Part shown: positions 21,208 to 30,665 of the stretch, piece after piece
Layout of the letters: each line of letters begins with the position of its first letter
Numbering within the stretch: the stretch's first letter is position 1
Source: an uncultured Candidatus Rokubacteria bacterium
Lineage (GTDB): Bacteria > Methylomirabilota > Methylomirabilia > Rokubacteriales > DASRDR01
DNA length: 64,000 nt
Assembly (NCBI GenBank): GCA_963805625.1
Contig: CAWDVE010000017.1
Location: forward strand, 160,001 to 224,000
Reading direction: 5' to 3'
Notes under the pieces: model-generated
Databases searched by the model: none
What the model was told of the DNA's origin: nothing
Seen by the model: the letters and a program-made list of their open reading frames with translations, nothing else
Program-made: the position numbers and the translations under genes

Positions 21208-21725
21208 CAGTGGGCGCTCGGGCCCTCGAGGATCTTCTCCATGACGATCGTATCCACCCAGCGCCCGTCCAGGCGCCCCTGCTCGCGGTAGATCCCCACT
21301 TCGCGGAATCCCGCGCGCGCGTAGGCGCGCATGCCCGCCTCGTTCCACGGGAAGGCCGCGAGGACGAGCTTGTGATAACCGAGCTCGATCGCCCGCGCGA
21401 CGAGCGCCTCCAGGAGCTGACTCCCCACGCCGCGCCCTCGCGCGTCCCGCTCGACGTAGAGCGAGAGATCCGCGACGTGCTCGTACGCGCGCCGCGCGTT
21501 GAAGACGTTGAGGCTCGTCCAGCCGAGGAGGCCGCCGTCGCCCTCGGCGACCAGTACGGGGTGACGTGGTCCGCGCGCCCCGAGCCACTGGGCGCGTTCC
21601 TCCGGGGTGCGTTCCTCCGTCTCGAGCGTGGCCACGCGATCCTGGATGCCTTGGTTGTAGATGCGGCAGATCGCGGCGGCGTCGGCGCCGGTCGCCGCGC
21701 GGATCCGGAGGGGTGGCCCCGTCAC
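21207..21725 (-). CDS. GNAT acetyltransferase, phosphinothricin/arsinothricin (Pat/ArsN1)-like
   Basis: IYNQGIQDRVATLET, RHPVLVAE, RGRGVG, GFREVG.YREQG.LDGRWVD..MEK.L. Confidence 0.85.
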   Translation of the reverse strand: MTGPPLRIRAATGADAAAICRIYNQGIQDRVATLETEERTPEERAQWLGARGPRHPVLVAEGDGGLLGWTSLNVFNARRAYEHVADLSLYVERDARGRGVGSQLLEALVARAIELGYHKLVLAAFPWNEAGMRAYARAGFREVGIYREQGRLDGRWVDTIVMEKILEGPSAH

Positions 21726-21836
21726 GGGAGATCCCGAGCGGCCAGGCGACGGGGGCCGAGAGGGCTCACGCGAGTAGCCGGAGGCAGGCGCGAGGGAAGG
21801 GGAGCGGACGCCCGGGCGAGAGGACCCGGCGCGGGG

Positions 21837-22184
21837 CTATCGGCGGCGGGCGCCGGGGCGCAGGGGTTCGTCGACCCCCGGAATGCACCCGGGCATCACG
21901 CTGATGTACACGCCGCGCCCGATCGAGGTCGTGGCCTGGGGCCAGCGGCTGGTGCCGGCGCCGGTCGATGCGCGGACCCGCTCCACCTCACCGGTCTCGG
22001 TGAACGGGGTCTGGCCCAACGACAGCGCGCGGATCGACAGCACCAGCGGCACCTCCGACTGAATCGGAGCAGTCGGGGGGGGGACCGTGCCCTGCACCGC
22101 AGCCGGGTCACTACCGGCATAGGCGGCCCCACCCAGGAGGGTCACGGCGAGGAGGACGGCGACGAGCAACCATTGACGCCGCAT
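21837..22184 (-). CDS. Hypothetical secreted protein
   Basis: MRRQWLLVAVLLAVTLLGGAAYA signal peptide; TTGACA-N18-TACGGT ends 6 nt before the ATG. Confidence 0.6.
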   Translation of the reverse strand: MRRQWLLVAVLLAVTLLGGAAYAGSDPAAVQGTVPPPTAPIQSEVPLVLSIRALSLGQTPFTETGEVERVRASTGAGTSRWPQATTSIGRGVYISVMPGCIPGVDEPLRPGARRR

Positions 22185-22372
22185 ACCTCGACCGTACCCC
22201 CCGGGCGCCGTGCCTGTCAAGACGGACGGACGGCGGGGATCCCGGGGCCGTCGGCGGGCCGCCGCCGCGAGGCGCCCGCGTCGGACCCCCCCGACCGGCT
22301 GCCATGATGGCAACTCGTCGGGGCGCAAGGGGGCCGAAGCTAGAATTATCCCACCTGGCATCCGCAGGGAGG

Positions 22373-22836
22373 ATGAACGGCTCCGAGGGCCTTCGCCGGA
22401 CCTACCGCGAGACCGCGATCGCGTGTGGCGCCATGGTGGCGTCCCTCTTGGCCTACGCCGTTGTCGTCGAGGTGCTGACGTCGCGACTGCCCCCGGGCGG
22501 CGTGGGGGCGGGTGTCGACGCCGACCTCCTTCGATACGGCTTCCTCCTCGCCCTCCTCGCCGCCGTCGCGGGGCTCGGCATTCCGCTCCTCCCCCGGACG
22601 GCCGAGGCAGCGCCAGCGGTTCGAGAGAACGTGCCGGCCCGCCTGCGGGCGGGTGCCCTGGTGACGGCATCGGTCGCGGAGGCGCCGACCCTCCTGGGCC
22701 TCGTGCTCTTCCTGCTCGCGGCCGCCAGGACTTCTACCCTCTCGCCGGCTGGTCGTTCCTCCTCAACCTGTTCCACTTCCCGCGCTACGAGCGCTGGGAG
22801 GAGGCCGCGCGGGCGGCGGCGCGCCGCCCCGGCTGA
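22373..22836 (+). pseudogene. Four-TM membrane protein with a single frameshift near 22720 (or sequencing indel)
   Basis: GGAGG-ATG; the hydrophobic frame ...AEAPTLLGLVLFLL continues in another frame as RQDFYPLAGWSFLLNLFHFPRYERWEE. Confidence 0.6.
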
Positions 22837-22874
22837 GCCGGCCCCGCCGGTAGTCCGGGCGCCTCCGGGGTCGG

Positions 22875-22914
22875 TGGCACGCCCGTTGCCGGGTTTCCTG
22901 CCGTGCGCCATAAT
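22875..22914 (+). promoter_or_regulatory. Overlapping sigma54 and sigma70 promoter motifs
   Basis: TGGCACGCCCGTTGC (22875-22889) and TTGCCG-N17-CATAAT (22886-22914). Confidence 0.6.
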
Positions 22915-22955
22915 CGCGGGCACATCGATCCCCGCACATCCGAGGAGGCGACGCG

Positions 22956-23741
22956 ATGGAGCTCGGGAAGACACCGAAGGAGATCCGGCAGGCCATCCGC
23001 CAGGGACGTTACACGGGCGGAACCGCCGGGCTCGCGCCCGGTTACGTGCAGGCGAACCTCGTGATCCTTCCCCGGGCGCAGGCCTACGATTTCCTCGTCT
23101 TCTGCCAGCGGAACCCCCGGCCGTGCCCCCTGATCGAGGTCACGGACCCGGGAAACCCCGAGCCGACCGGCGTCGCGGCCGGCGCGGACCTCCGGACGGA
23201 CGTCCCCAAGTACCGGATCTACCGGGACGGCCGCCTCGCCGCAGAGGTCTCGGACATCACGAGCGAGTGGCGCGACGACTTCGTCGCCTTCCTCCTCGGC
23301 TGCTCCTTCACGTTCGAGTCGGCGCTCCTCCAGTCTGGCGTGCCCGTCCGGCACATCGAGGAGCAGCGGATCGTCCCAATGTTCCGGACGAATCTCGCGT
23401 GCCGGCCGGCCGGCGTATTCCGGGGTCCGATTGTGGTCTCGATGCGCCCGATCCCCGCGCCGCTCGTGCCGCGGGCCGTCACCGTCACGGCGCGCTATCC
23501 GATGGCCCACGGTGCCCCGGTCCACGTGGGTGATCCGTCGCTCATCGGCATCGCCGACGTGATGAAGCCCGACTGGGGTGAGCCGCCTACGCTCCTGGCC
23601 GGCGAGGAGCCCGTCTTCTGGGCGTGCGGCGTGACGCCGCAGGCGGTGGCCCTCGAGGCCAAGCCGCCGCTCGTCATCACGCACGCGCCGGGGCACATGT
23701 TCGTCACGGACCTGCCGGACCACGCGCTTTCGGCGCTGTAG
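22956..23741 (+). CDS. Putative hydro-lyase / D-glutamate cyclase family (YcsI, DUF1445)
   Basis: FCQRNPRPCPL, DLRTDVPKYR, LGCSFTFE, HGAPVHVG, PVFWACGVTPQ, THAPGHMFVTD. Confidence 0.9.
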   Translation: MELGKTPKEIRQAIRQGRYTGGTAGLAPGYVQANLVILPRAQAYDFLVFCQRNPRPCPLIEVTDPGNPEPTGVAAGADLRTDVPKYRIYRDGRLAAEVSDITSEWRDDFVAFLLGCSFTFESALLQSGVPVRHIEEQRIVPMFRTNLACRPAGVFRGPIVVSMRPIPAPLVPRAVTVTARYPMAHGAPVHVGDPSLIGIADVMKPDWGEPPTLLAGEEPVFWACGVTPQAVALEAKPPLVITHAPGHMFVTDLPDHALSAL

Positions 23742-23771
23742 CCGCCCGTCGACGCCGCTCCCTCTCCGTTG

Positions 23772-24506
23772 ATGGGTCTCTACGCTGCGCCGCGCCTGCT
23801 CCCTGCGGGGGACGGCGCGGTTTCCATCGAGCTCGGTGACGAGATCTCCCGTGAGGCCAATGCGCGCGCGCTGACGCTCGAGCGGCTCCTCCTCGCCGCG
23901 CGGCTGCCGGGCCTGGTTGACACGGTCCCCACGTTCCGGGCGCTCCTCGTGCACTACGACCCGCTCGTTCTCCCGTGGGCGACGCTCCACGCGCGGCTCC
24001 TCGAGCTGTCGGGTCGGCTGGCGGACGCCCCGCCTCCGCCGGGGCGCCGGGTGGAGCTCCCCTGCGCGTACGGCGGAGAGCACGGTCCCGACCTCGAGGA
24101 GGTCGCCCGCCGCCTCGCCCTCGCTCCGGCGGAGGTCGTGGCGCTCCACGCGGGGGCGGAGCACTACGTCTATTTCCTCGGCTTCACACCGGGGCTCCCC
24201 TACATGGCGGGGCAGCCCGCGCGACTCACCATCCCGCGGCTCGACCGGCCCCGGACCAAGACTCCCGCGGGCAGCGTCGCGATCGGCGGGACGCAGACCT
24301 CCATCTACTCCGTGGAGAGCCCCGGGGGCTTCTGGCTCCTCGGCCGGACCCCGCTGCGCCTCTACGATCCCGGCGCGGCCGAGCCGATTCTGCTTCGCGC
24401 CGGCGACCGCGTCCGCTTCCGGCCGATCGACACGGCGGAGTTCGACGCGATCGTCAAGCAGGTCGCGGCCGGGGCCTACCGCCCCCGGATCGAGGACGAG
24501 ACGTGA
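23772..24506 (+). CDS. pxpB: 5-oxoprolinase subunit B (allophanate hydrolase subunit 1 family)
   Basis: YGGEHGPDL, LGFTPGLPY, PAGSVAIGG, SPGGFWLLGRTP. Confidence 0.88.
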   Translation: MGLYAAPRLLPAGDGAVSIELGDEISREANARALTLERLLLAARLPGLVDTVPTFRALLVHYDPLVLPWATLHARLLELSGRLADAPPPPGRRVELPCAYGGEHGPDLEEVARRLALAPAEVVALHAGAEHYVYFLGFTPGLPYMAGQPARLTIPRLDRPRTKTPAGSVAIGGTQTSIYSVESPGGFWLLGRTPLRLYDPGAAEPILLRAGDRVRFRPIDTAEFDAIVKQVAAGAYRPRIEDET

Positions 24507-25492
24507 CGGGCCGAAGCGTCGGGCGCGGGCTCCTCGTTGGGGTCCTCGCCGGCGCGCCGCCGGCCGTGGCTCAGCCCGTGGCCCGGCCCGCGACGGTCGG
24601 GCTGCTGTGCGTCGGCGAGTGTCCGGCGCCCCCCCTCGACGTGAGGTTGCCGGTGTTCGTGAACGCGCTGCGCGAGGCCAGGTTCGTGGACGGCCAGAAC
24701 GTGGTGGTCGAGCTGGGAGGGGTCGGTGACGCGCCGGCGCAGTTGTCCACGCTCGCGACGGGACTGATTCGTCGCCAGGTCGACGTCATCCTTGCGATGG
24801 GCGCAGCGGCGGCGCTGGCGGCGAAGCAAGCGACCACGACGGTACCCATCGTCATGCTCGACGCGCCGAACGCGCTCGAGTTGGGACTGGTCGCGGGCCT
24901 CGCGCGCCCGGGTGGGAACGTCACGGGTGTAACCTTCCCGCTCGCGGAGCTGTCCGCGAAGCACATGGAGCTCTTCAAACAGATCGTCCCTGGGCTGACG
25001 TCGGTCGGAGTCCTCTGGAGTCGGGCGACTCCGTACGCTGCTCTCGCACGCCAGCACACCGAGGCGGCCGCACGGTCGGTGGGATTGCAGACGCGCCCTC
25101 TCGAGGTTCGGGGAGCGGGGGATCTGGCCCGCGCTCTTGGGTCGTTCGCCCGTGAGCGTAAGCATGCGCTCCTGATCGTGGAGGACGTTCCGCTGACGAT
25201 GCTCCGAAGGGACATCAGCGTCCTCGCGCTCGCGGAACGGCTCCCTGCCGCTGCCTGGTCGCGACAGTTCCCGGCCGGGGGTGGTCTCATGTCCTACGGT
25301 CCCAGCCGCGTCGAGATGCAGCGACTCGCGGCGACGGTCGTCGCCAAGATCATCAGGGGGAGGCGCCCCGCCGACATCCCGGTCGAGCAGCCGACGCGCT
25401 ACGAACTCATCGTGAACCTGGCGACCGCCAAGACGATCGGCGTGACGATCCCGCCATCCGTGCTCGCGCGCGCCGATGAAGTCATCCAGTGA
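24503..25492 (+). CDS. ABC transporter substrate-binding protein (PF04392 type)
   Basis: AKQATTTVPIV, GLVAGLARPGGNVTG, GGLMSYGP, PADIPVEQPTRYELIVNL.TAK.IG..IP.SVLARADEVI. Confidence 0.88.
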   Translation: MTGRSVGRGLLVGVLAGAPPAVAQPVARPATVGLLCVGECPAPPLDVRLPVFVNALREARFVDGQNVVVELGGVGDAPAQLSTLATGLIRRQVDVILAMGAAAALAAKQATTTVPIVMLDAPNALELGLVAGLARPGGNVTGVTFPLAELSAKHMELFKQIVPGLTSVGVLWSRATPYAALARQHTEAAARSVGLQTRPLEVRGAGDLARALGSFARERKHALLIVEDVPLTMLRRDISVLALAERLPAAAWSRQFPAGGGLMSYGPSRVEMQRLAATVVAKIIRGRRPADIPVEQPTRYELIVNLATAKTIGVTIPPSVLARADEVIQ

Positions 25493-26430
25493 GCGACCTC
25501 GTCGTGGTCGATCCCGGGCTCCTGACCACCGTCCAGGATCTGGGGCGCTTCGGTCACCAGCGCGTCGGTGTCCCGCCGTCGGGGCCGATGGATCGCGCGG
25601 CGTTCCTGGTCGCCAATCGGCTGGTGGGGAACCCTGACGCCGCGGCCGCGCTCGAGTGCACCATCAAGGGCCCGCGGCTCGAGGTGCGGCAGGCGGCGGT
25701 AATCGCGGTGACGGGCGCTCCGATGGGCTTCACCGTCAACGGCGAGGAGGCCGCGTCCTGGACCGCCGTGGGCGTTCGGCCAGGTGACGTCCTGGGGTTC
25801 CAGATGGCCAGCGCCGGCTGCCGCGCGTATCTGGCCGTGGCGGGTGGCATCGACGTCCCGCTGGCGCTCGGCTCTCGCTCGACCTATCTCCGCGGCCGCC
25901 TTGGCGGGCTCGGTGGCCGGGCGCTCCAGAAGGGCGACGTCCTGCCGGTGGGACCCCCGGCTCCAGGGGCGGGGCGAGAGGGCCGGACCGTCCGAGCGGC
26001 GCTCCGGCCCGCATATCCCGCGGAGCGGGAGTGCCGCGTGATCCTGGGACCGCAGGACGACCGTTTCACGGCCGAAGGGATCCGGGCGTTCCTCGAGGGC
26101 CCCTACGCCGTCACGCCACAGGCCGACCGGATGGGGTATCGTCTGAAGGGACCGGCGATCACGCACGCACGCGGGCACGACATCGTGTCGGACGGCATCC
26201 CGCTGGGTGGGATCCAGGTGCCGGGTGAGGGGCAGCCGATCGTGCTCCTGGTCGACCGCCAGACGACCGGCGGCTACACGAAGATCGCGACCGTGATCGG
26301 CGTGGACATCGGCGCGATCGGCCAGACCCGCCCGGGTCAGCGGATCCGCTTCGGGCGAGTGACCCTGGAGGAGGCCCACGCCGCGCTCGTCGCGGAGGCC
26401 GCGTGGCTCGCCCGCGCGGTCGAAGGCTGA
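25489..26430 (+). CDS. pxpC: 5-oxoprolinase subunit C (allophanate hydrolase subunit 2 family)
   Basis: PGLLTTVQDLGR, ANRLVGN, LGSRST, DRMGYRL, DRQTTGGY.KI. Confidence 0.9.
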   Translation: MSDLVVVDPGLLTTVQDLGRFGHQRVGVPPSGPMDRAAFLVANRLVGNPDAAAALECTIKGPRLEVRQAAVIAVTGAPMGFTVNGEEAASWTAVGVRPGDVLGFQMASAGCRAYLAVAGGIDVPLALGSRSTYLRGRLGGLGGRALQKGDVLPVGPPAPGAGREGRTVRAALRPAYPAERECRVILGPQDDRFTAEGIRAFLEGPYAVTPQADRMGYRLKGPAITHARGHDIVSDGIPLGGIQVPGEGQPIVLLVDRQTTGGYTKIATVIGVDIGAIGQTRPGQRIRFGRVTLEEAHAALVAEAAWLARAVEG

Positions 26431-26491
26431 GTTGTGAGTCGAAGGAGAGCGCGGCGCCGCACCGGCTCGCGGCGCCTGGAGGAATGACGCG

Positions 26492-27265
26492 ATGGCCAAC
26501 GTGATCGATCTCAACTGCGACATGGGCGAGTCCTACGGGCGGTGGACCCTCGGCGCCGACGAGGCCATCATGCCGCAGATCACCTCCGCCAACATCGCGT
26601 GCGGGTTCCACGGCGGCGATCCCCACGTCATCCGGAAGACCGTCGCGCTCGCGCTGAAGCACGGGGTCGCGATCGGGGCGCACCCGTCCCTGCCGGATCT
26701 CATGGGATTCGGACGGCGGGTCATGGACGTGACGCCCGCCGAGCTGCGGGACTACGTGTGCTACCAGACCGGTGCCGTTCGCGAGTTCTGTCGCGCGGCG
26801 GGCGTCGACCTCCAGCACGTCAAGCCTCACGGCATCCTGTACACGATGGCCGAGCAGCAGGAGGCGATGGCCGAGGCGATCGGGCAGGCCGCGCGGGAGT
26901 CGGGGGGGCGGCTCATTCTCATGACGCTCGCCTCCGGCAAGTACGACGCCCACTGCCGGAAGATGGGCATCCGGGTCGCCTCGGAGGGCTTTGCGGACCG
27001 CGCCTACGAGGTGGACGGGACGCTGGTGTCCCGGCGGAAGGCGGGCGCCCTCATCACGGACCCGGCGCAGGCGGCGGCGCAGGCCGTCCGGATGGTGGCC
27101 GAGGGCAAGGTGCGCACGATCGACGGCGTCGACATCGACCTGTCTGTCCAGACCATCTGCTGTCACGGGGATACACCGGGGGCCGAGCGCATCGTCCGCG
27201 CGGTCCGCGCCGGGCTCGACGCCGCGGGGATCCAGGTCCGGCCGCTGCGGGATTGGCTTCCGTAA
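26492..27265 (+). CDS. pxpA: 5-oxoprolinase subunit A (LamB/YcsF family)
   Basis: IDLNCDMGES, SANIACGFHGGDP, HVKPHG, EGFADRAY, TICCHGD. Confidence 0.92.
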   Translation: MANVIDLNCDMGESYGRWTLGADEAIMPQITSANIACGFHGGDPHVIRKTVALALKHGVAIGAHPSLPDLMGFGRRVMDVTPAELRDYVCYQTGAVREFCRAAGVDLQHVKPHGILYTMAEQQEAMAEAIGQAARESGGRLILMTLASGKYDAHCRKMGIRVASEGFADRAYEVDGTLVSRRKAGALITDPAQAAAQAVRMVAEGKVRTIDGVDIDLSVQTICCHGDTPGAERIVRAVRAGLDAAGIQVRPLRDWLP

Positions 27266-27266
27266 G

Positions 27267-27947
27267 GTGGTGACCGCGCGGCCGTACGACGTCGTGACGT
27301 TCGACTGCTACGGTACCCTCATCGACTGGGAGGGCGGGCTCGCCACGGCGCTCATGCGTGCCGCGTGGGCGGACGGCGTGCGGCTCGAACGGGCGGGAGT
27401 CATCCGGGCCTACATGGCCGCGGAGCGGGAAGTCGAGGCGGGCGCCTACCGGCCGTACCGCGAGGTCCTGGCGGATTCGGCTTGCGGCGTCGCGGCCCGC
27501 CTCGGCTGGCGGCTCGATCCCGCGCGGGCGTCGTTCCTGCCCGACAGCCTGCCGGCGTGGGTGCCGTTTCCCGACACCAACGCGGCCCTCGAGCGCCTTC
27601 GCGCCGCCGGTTACGCGCTCGGCATCTTGTCGAACGTGGACGATGACCTCCTGGCTGCGACCCGGCGGCACTTCACCGTGGATTTCGAGTTCGTCGTCAC
27701 CGCCCAGCAGGTGCGGGTGTACAAGCCGGCGCGCCCACACTTCGAGGCCGCTCGGCGGGCGATCGGCTCGCGCTCCTGGCTCCACGTCGGCCAGGGCTAC
27801 TTCCACGACATGGTCCCGGCGCGGGCCCACGGCATCCCGAACGCCTGGATCAACCGGAACGGCGACGTGCCGGAGGACGGGGGCCGGGTGGATCGGGAGT
27901 TTCCCACGCTTCGCGAGCTGGCCGACTGGCTGGCCCCCGCCCGGTGA
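27267..27947 (+). CDS. HAD-superfamily hydrolase (haloacid dehalogenase type II-like)
   Basis: TFDCYGTLIDWE, ILSNVD, YKP, WLHVGQ..FHD. Confidence 0.88.
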   Translation: MVTARPYDVVTFDCYGTLIDWEGGLATALMRAAWADGVRLERAGVIRAYMAAEREVEAGAYRPYREVLADSACGVAARLGWRLDPARASFLPDSLPAWVPFPDTNAALERLRAAGYALGILSNVDDDLLAATRRHFTVDFEFVVTAQQVRVYKPARPHFEAARRAIGSRSWLHVGQGYFHDMVPARAHGIPNAWINRNGDVPEDGGRVDREFPTLRELADWLAPAR

Positions 27948-27965
27948 CGGGCTGGGAGCGGCGCG

Positions 27966-28850
27966 ATGGCCCGCTGTCACGAGCTGCTCTACGGCGCGAT
28001 CGACCTCCACACGCACTCGTCGCCGTCGTTCTTCGACCGGCTGCTCGACGACGTCGACCTCGCCGAGCAGGCCCGCGCCGCCGGGATGCGGGCGGTGCTT
28101 TACAAGGCTCACGAGCAGGACACGACGGGGCGGGCGGCGCTCGTTCGCCGGGCGGTGCCTGGCATCGAGGCCTTCGGCGGCGTGGTGCTGAACCAGGTGG
28201 TGGGCGGCCTCAATCCGGCCGCGGTGGACGCATCGATCAAGCTCGGCGGCCGCATGGTCTGGATGCCGACCATGTCGGCGCAGCACCACATCGGCTTCTT
28301 CGGCGGCAGCCACTTCGGCTCGCACATGAAGGGGAAGACGGCTGCCGCCGGCCCGCCGCAGGGCCTGACGGTCCTCGACGGGGCGGGAGGGTTGCGCCCG
28401 GAGGTCCGGGAGATCCTCCGGCTAATCGCCGCCGCGGGGATCTGTCTGTCGACGGGGCATCTGTCGCTCGCGGAGATCCAGGCCCTCGTCCCGGCGGCCC
28501 GCACGGCCCGCGTCTCTCGTATCCTCGTCACGCATCCGGATCTCAAGCTCTCCGGTATCGGGGTGGCGGACCAGAAGGCTCTCGCCGACGCGGGTGCGAT
28601 CCTCGAGAAGGACTTCAACACGCTCGGGCCGCCCTGGCACTCGACGACGCTCGACGCGATGATCCATTCGATCCGGGAGGTAGGCCCCACCCGCTGCGTC
28701 CTCGCCACCGACTACGGGCAGCTCCACAGCCCGGCGCCGGTGGAGGGGATGCGGATCTTCGTCCAGCTCTGCCTCGAGCAGGGGATCTCGGAGACGGAGA
28801 TCCGCACCATGGTGGCCGACAACCCGGCGCGGCTCCTCGGTCTCGACTGA
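27966..28850 (+). CDS. Amidohydrolase-superfamily protein (DUF6282-like)
   Basis: GAIDLHTH, GGLNP, VWMPT, TGHLS, VTHP, LATDYGQ, DNPARLL. Confidence 0.82.
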   Translation: MARCHELLYGAIDLHTHSSPSFFDRLLDDVDLAEQARAAGMRAVLYKAHEQDTTGRAALVRRAVPGIEAFGGVVLNQVVGGLNPAAVDASIKLGGRMVWMPTMSAQHHIGFFGGSHFGSHMKGKTAAAGPPQGLTVLDGAGGLRPEVREILRLIAAAGICLSTGHLSLAEIQALVPAARTARVSRILVTHPDLKLSGIGVADQKALADAGAILEKDFNTLGPPWHSTTLDAMIHSIREVGPTRCVLATDYGQLHSPAPVEGMRIFVQLCLEQGISETEIRTMVADNPARLLGLD

Positions 28851-28907
28851 GCGGGCCGTCCGGCGACCCCCGGCGGCTCCCCGGCGCCGGGTGAGAGGGG
28901 TAGAGCG

Positions 28908-29303
28908 ATGGCACAGAAGGCCGTCGAGCTCATCCTCATGCGGCAGCTCGCGAGCTACCTCGCGGTGCCGATCTTTCTCGTCGACCCTGAGGGGAACCTC
29001 CTCTACTACAACGAGCCGGCGGAGCGCCTGTTAGGGCGCCGGTACGACGAGACCGGCGAGATGCCGGCCGCCGCGTGGTCGACGGTCTTCGCCCCCACGG
29101 CCGACGACGGAAGCCCGCTCCGGGCGGAGGAGTTGGCGCTCTCGATTGCCCTCCAGCAGTGGCGCCCGGCGCACAACACGCTCGTCATCCGGGGTCTGGA
29201 CGGCGTCGACCGGCGCATCGCGGTCACCGCCTTCCCGCTCGAGGGCCAGGGCCGGCGCCGCCTGGGGGCCGTCGCCATCTTCTGGGAGGACGGGCCGTCG
29301 TGA
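28908..29303 (+). CDS. Stand-alone PAS domain protein
   Basis: PIFLVDPEGNLLYYNEPAERLLG PAS N-terminal motif; C-terminal GAVAIFW. Confidence 0.8.
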   Translation: MAQKAVELILMRQLASYLAVPIFLVDPEGNLLYYNEPAERLLGRRYDETGEMPAAAWSTVFAPTADDGSPLRAEELALSIALQQWRPAHNTLVIRGLDGVDRRIAVTAFPLEGQGRRRLGAVAIFWEDGPS

Positions 29304-30193
29304 GGCTCACGCTCTGGGGCACGCGCGGCTCCGTGGCCGCGGCCGGGCCCGACACGGTGCGATACGGCGGCAACACCTCCTGCGTCGAGGCGCGGGCCGC
29401 CGACGGCAGCGTGCTCGTCCTCGATGCCGGCACGGGCATGCGCCGCCTGGGCGTGGCGATCCGCGATCAGGGGCGCCGCGTAGACATCCTGCTGACCCAT
29501 CTCCACATGGACCACATCCAGGGGCTCGGCTTCTTCGCCCCCTTCTTCGAGCAGGACCGCGAGGTGCACGTGTGGGGCCCGCCGTCCACGACGCTGGCGC
29601 TCCGGGAGCGGCTCACGCGCTACCTGTCGCCACCGCTCTTCCCCGTGCGGCTCCGCGAGCTGCCGTGTCGCCTCGTTCTCCACGACGTGCCCCTCGAGGG
29701 GTTCGAGATCGGGCCGTTCCGCGTCAACGCCGCACTGGTCTGCCACCCCGGCCCCACCGTCGGTTACCGGATCGCGGCGGACGGCGCCACGCTCGCCTAC
29801 CTGCCGGATCACGAGCCGGCGCTCGGATTCGGGCGGATGCCTGCCGCGCCCGACTGGATCTCCGGGTTCGCCCTTGTTGCCGGTGTCGACGTGCTGGTTC
29901 ACGACGCGCAGTACAGCGCCGCCGAGTACCTCGATCACATCGGCTGGGGTCACAGTGCGCTGACCCACACGCTGGCCCTCGGGACTGCCGCCGGCGTCCA
30001 GCGACTGGTGACCTTCCACCACGATCCGGGCCACGACGACGACACGCTGACGCGCCTGCTCGACGAGGCCCGCGGGGGCGCCGCCTTCCCGTTCGAGATC
30101 GTGCCGGGGACCGAGGGTCTGTCCTTCGATGTTGGCGACGCTGGCGACCCTGGCGATCGTGGAGGTCCGGGACACTCCGCGGCGTCGCGCTAA
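29300..30193 (+). CDS. MBL-fold metallo-hydrolase
   Basis: GTRGS, YGGNTSC, DAGTG, THLHMDHIQG, HDAQY, GWGHS, FHHDP. Confidence 0.9.
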   Translation: MRLTLWGTRGSVAAAGPDTVRYGGNTSCVEARAADGSVLVLDAGTGMRRLGVAIRDQGRRVDILLTHLHMDHIQGLGFFAPFFEQDREVHVWGPPSTTLALRERLTRYLSPPLFPVRLRELPCRLVLHDVPLEGFEIGPFRVNAALVCHPGPTVGYRIAADGATLAYLPDHEPALGFGRMPAAPDWISGFALVAGVDVLVHDAQYSAAEYLDHIGWGHSALTHTLALGTAAGVQRLVTFHHDPGHDDDTLTRLLDEARGGAAFPFEIVPGTEGLSFDVGDAGDPGDRGGPGHSAASR

Positions 30194-30218
30194 GCCGGCC
30201 GGGGGCCGCCGGCCCGGA

Positions 30219-30538
30219 TCAGGCGCGGGTCGAGAGGCCCGAGCCCACGCCGACGACGCGGAACGGGAAGACCTCCCCCGCATCACGCGGGCGCGCACGG
30301 CCGGATCGTCGTCCATCACCTGCTGGGCCTCGTCCGGCGAGCCGGCGCGGAAGATCACGATCCCGAAAGTCGCGGCGTCCGTGGTCTGGGTGCGCCCGAA
30401 GAGCAGGACGACTCCGGCCGCCGCCAGCCGCTCGAGGTACGCGCGATGCGCGGCGACGGCCTCGCGCTCCGCCGGCGTGGGGCCCTCGGTCAGCATGGCC
30501 GGGCGCGTGGTCTGGATTCGATAGATGAACTCGGACAT
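30219..30538 (-). pseudogene. YciI-family protein with a one-base frameshift in a G-run near 30276 (or sequencing indel)
   Basis: AHRAYLERL..AGVV..GRT, DDPAV..VMR; the C-terminal EVFPFRV is in another frame. Confidence 0.7.
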
Positions 30539-30583
30539 CCGCGGCGCTCGTTTCTCCGGGCCGCGGCTCTCGGGCGGCGGCCG

Positions 30584-30612
30584 TTGACACGCCGTCCACG
30601 CCCCCCTATTAT
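30584..30612 (+). promoter_or_regulatory. Sigma70 promoter of the SBP-hydantoinase operon
   Basis: TTGACA-N17-TATTAT. Confidence 0.75.
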
Positions 30613-30665
30613 TCGCTCGAATCCGGTCACCGCCCTGAGTTTGTCGCTCCTTTCGAGGAGGCGCC

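Noticed and set aside
21207-21725. Arsenic-resistance locus suggested by the ArsN1-like acetyltransferase
   Set aside because: No arsR, arsC, acr3 or arsM nearby; the substrate cannot be assigned from sequence.
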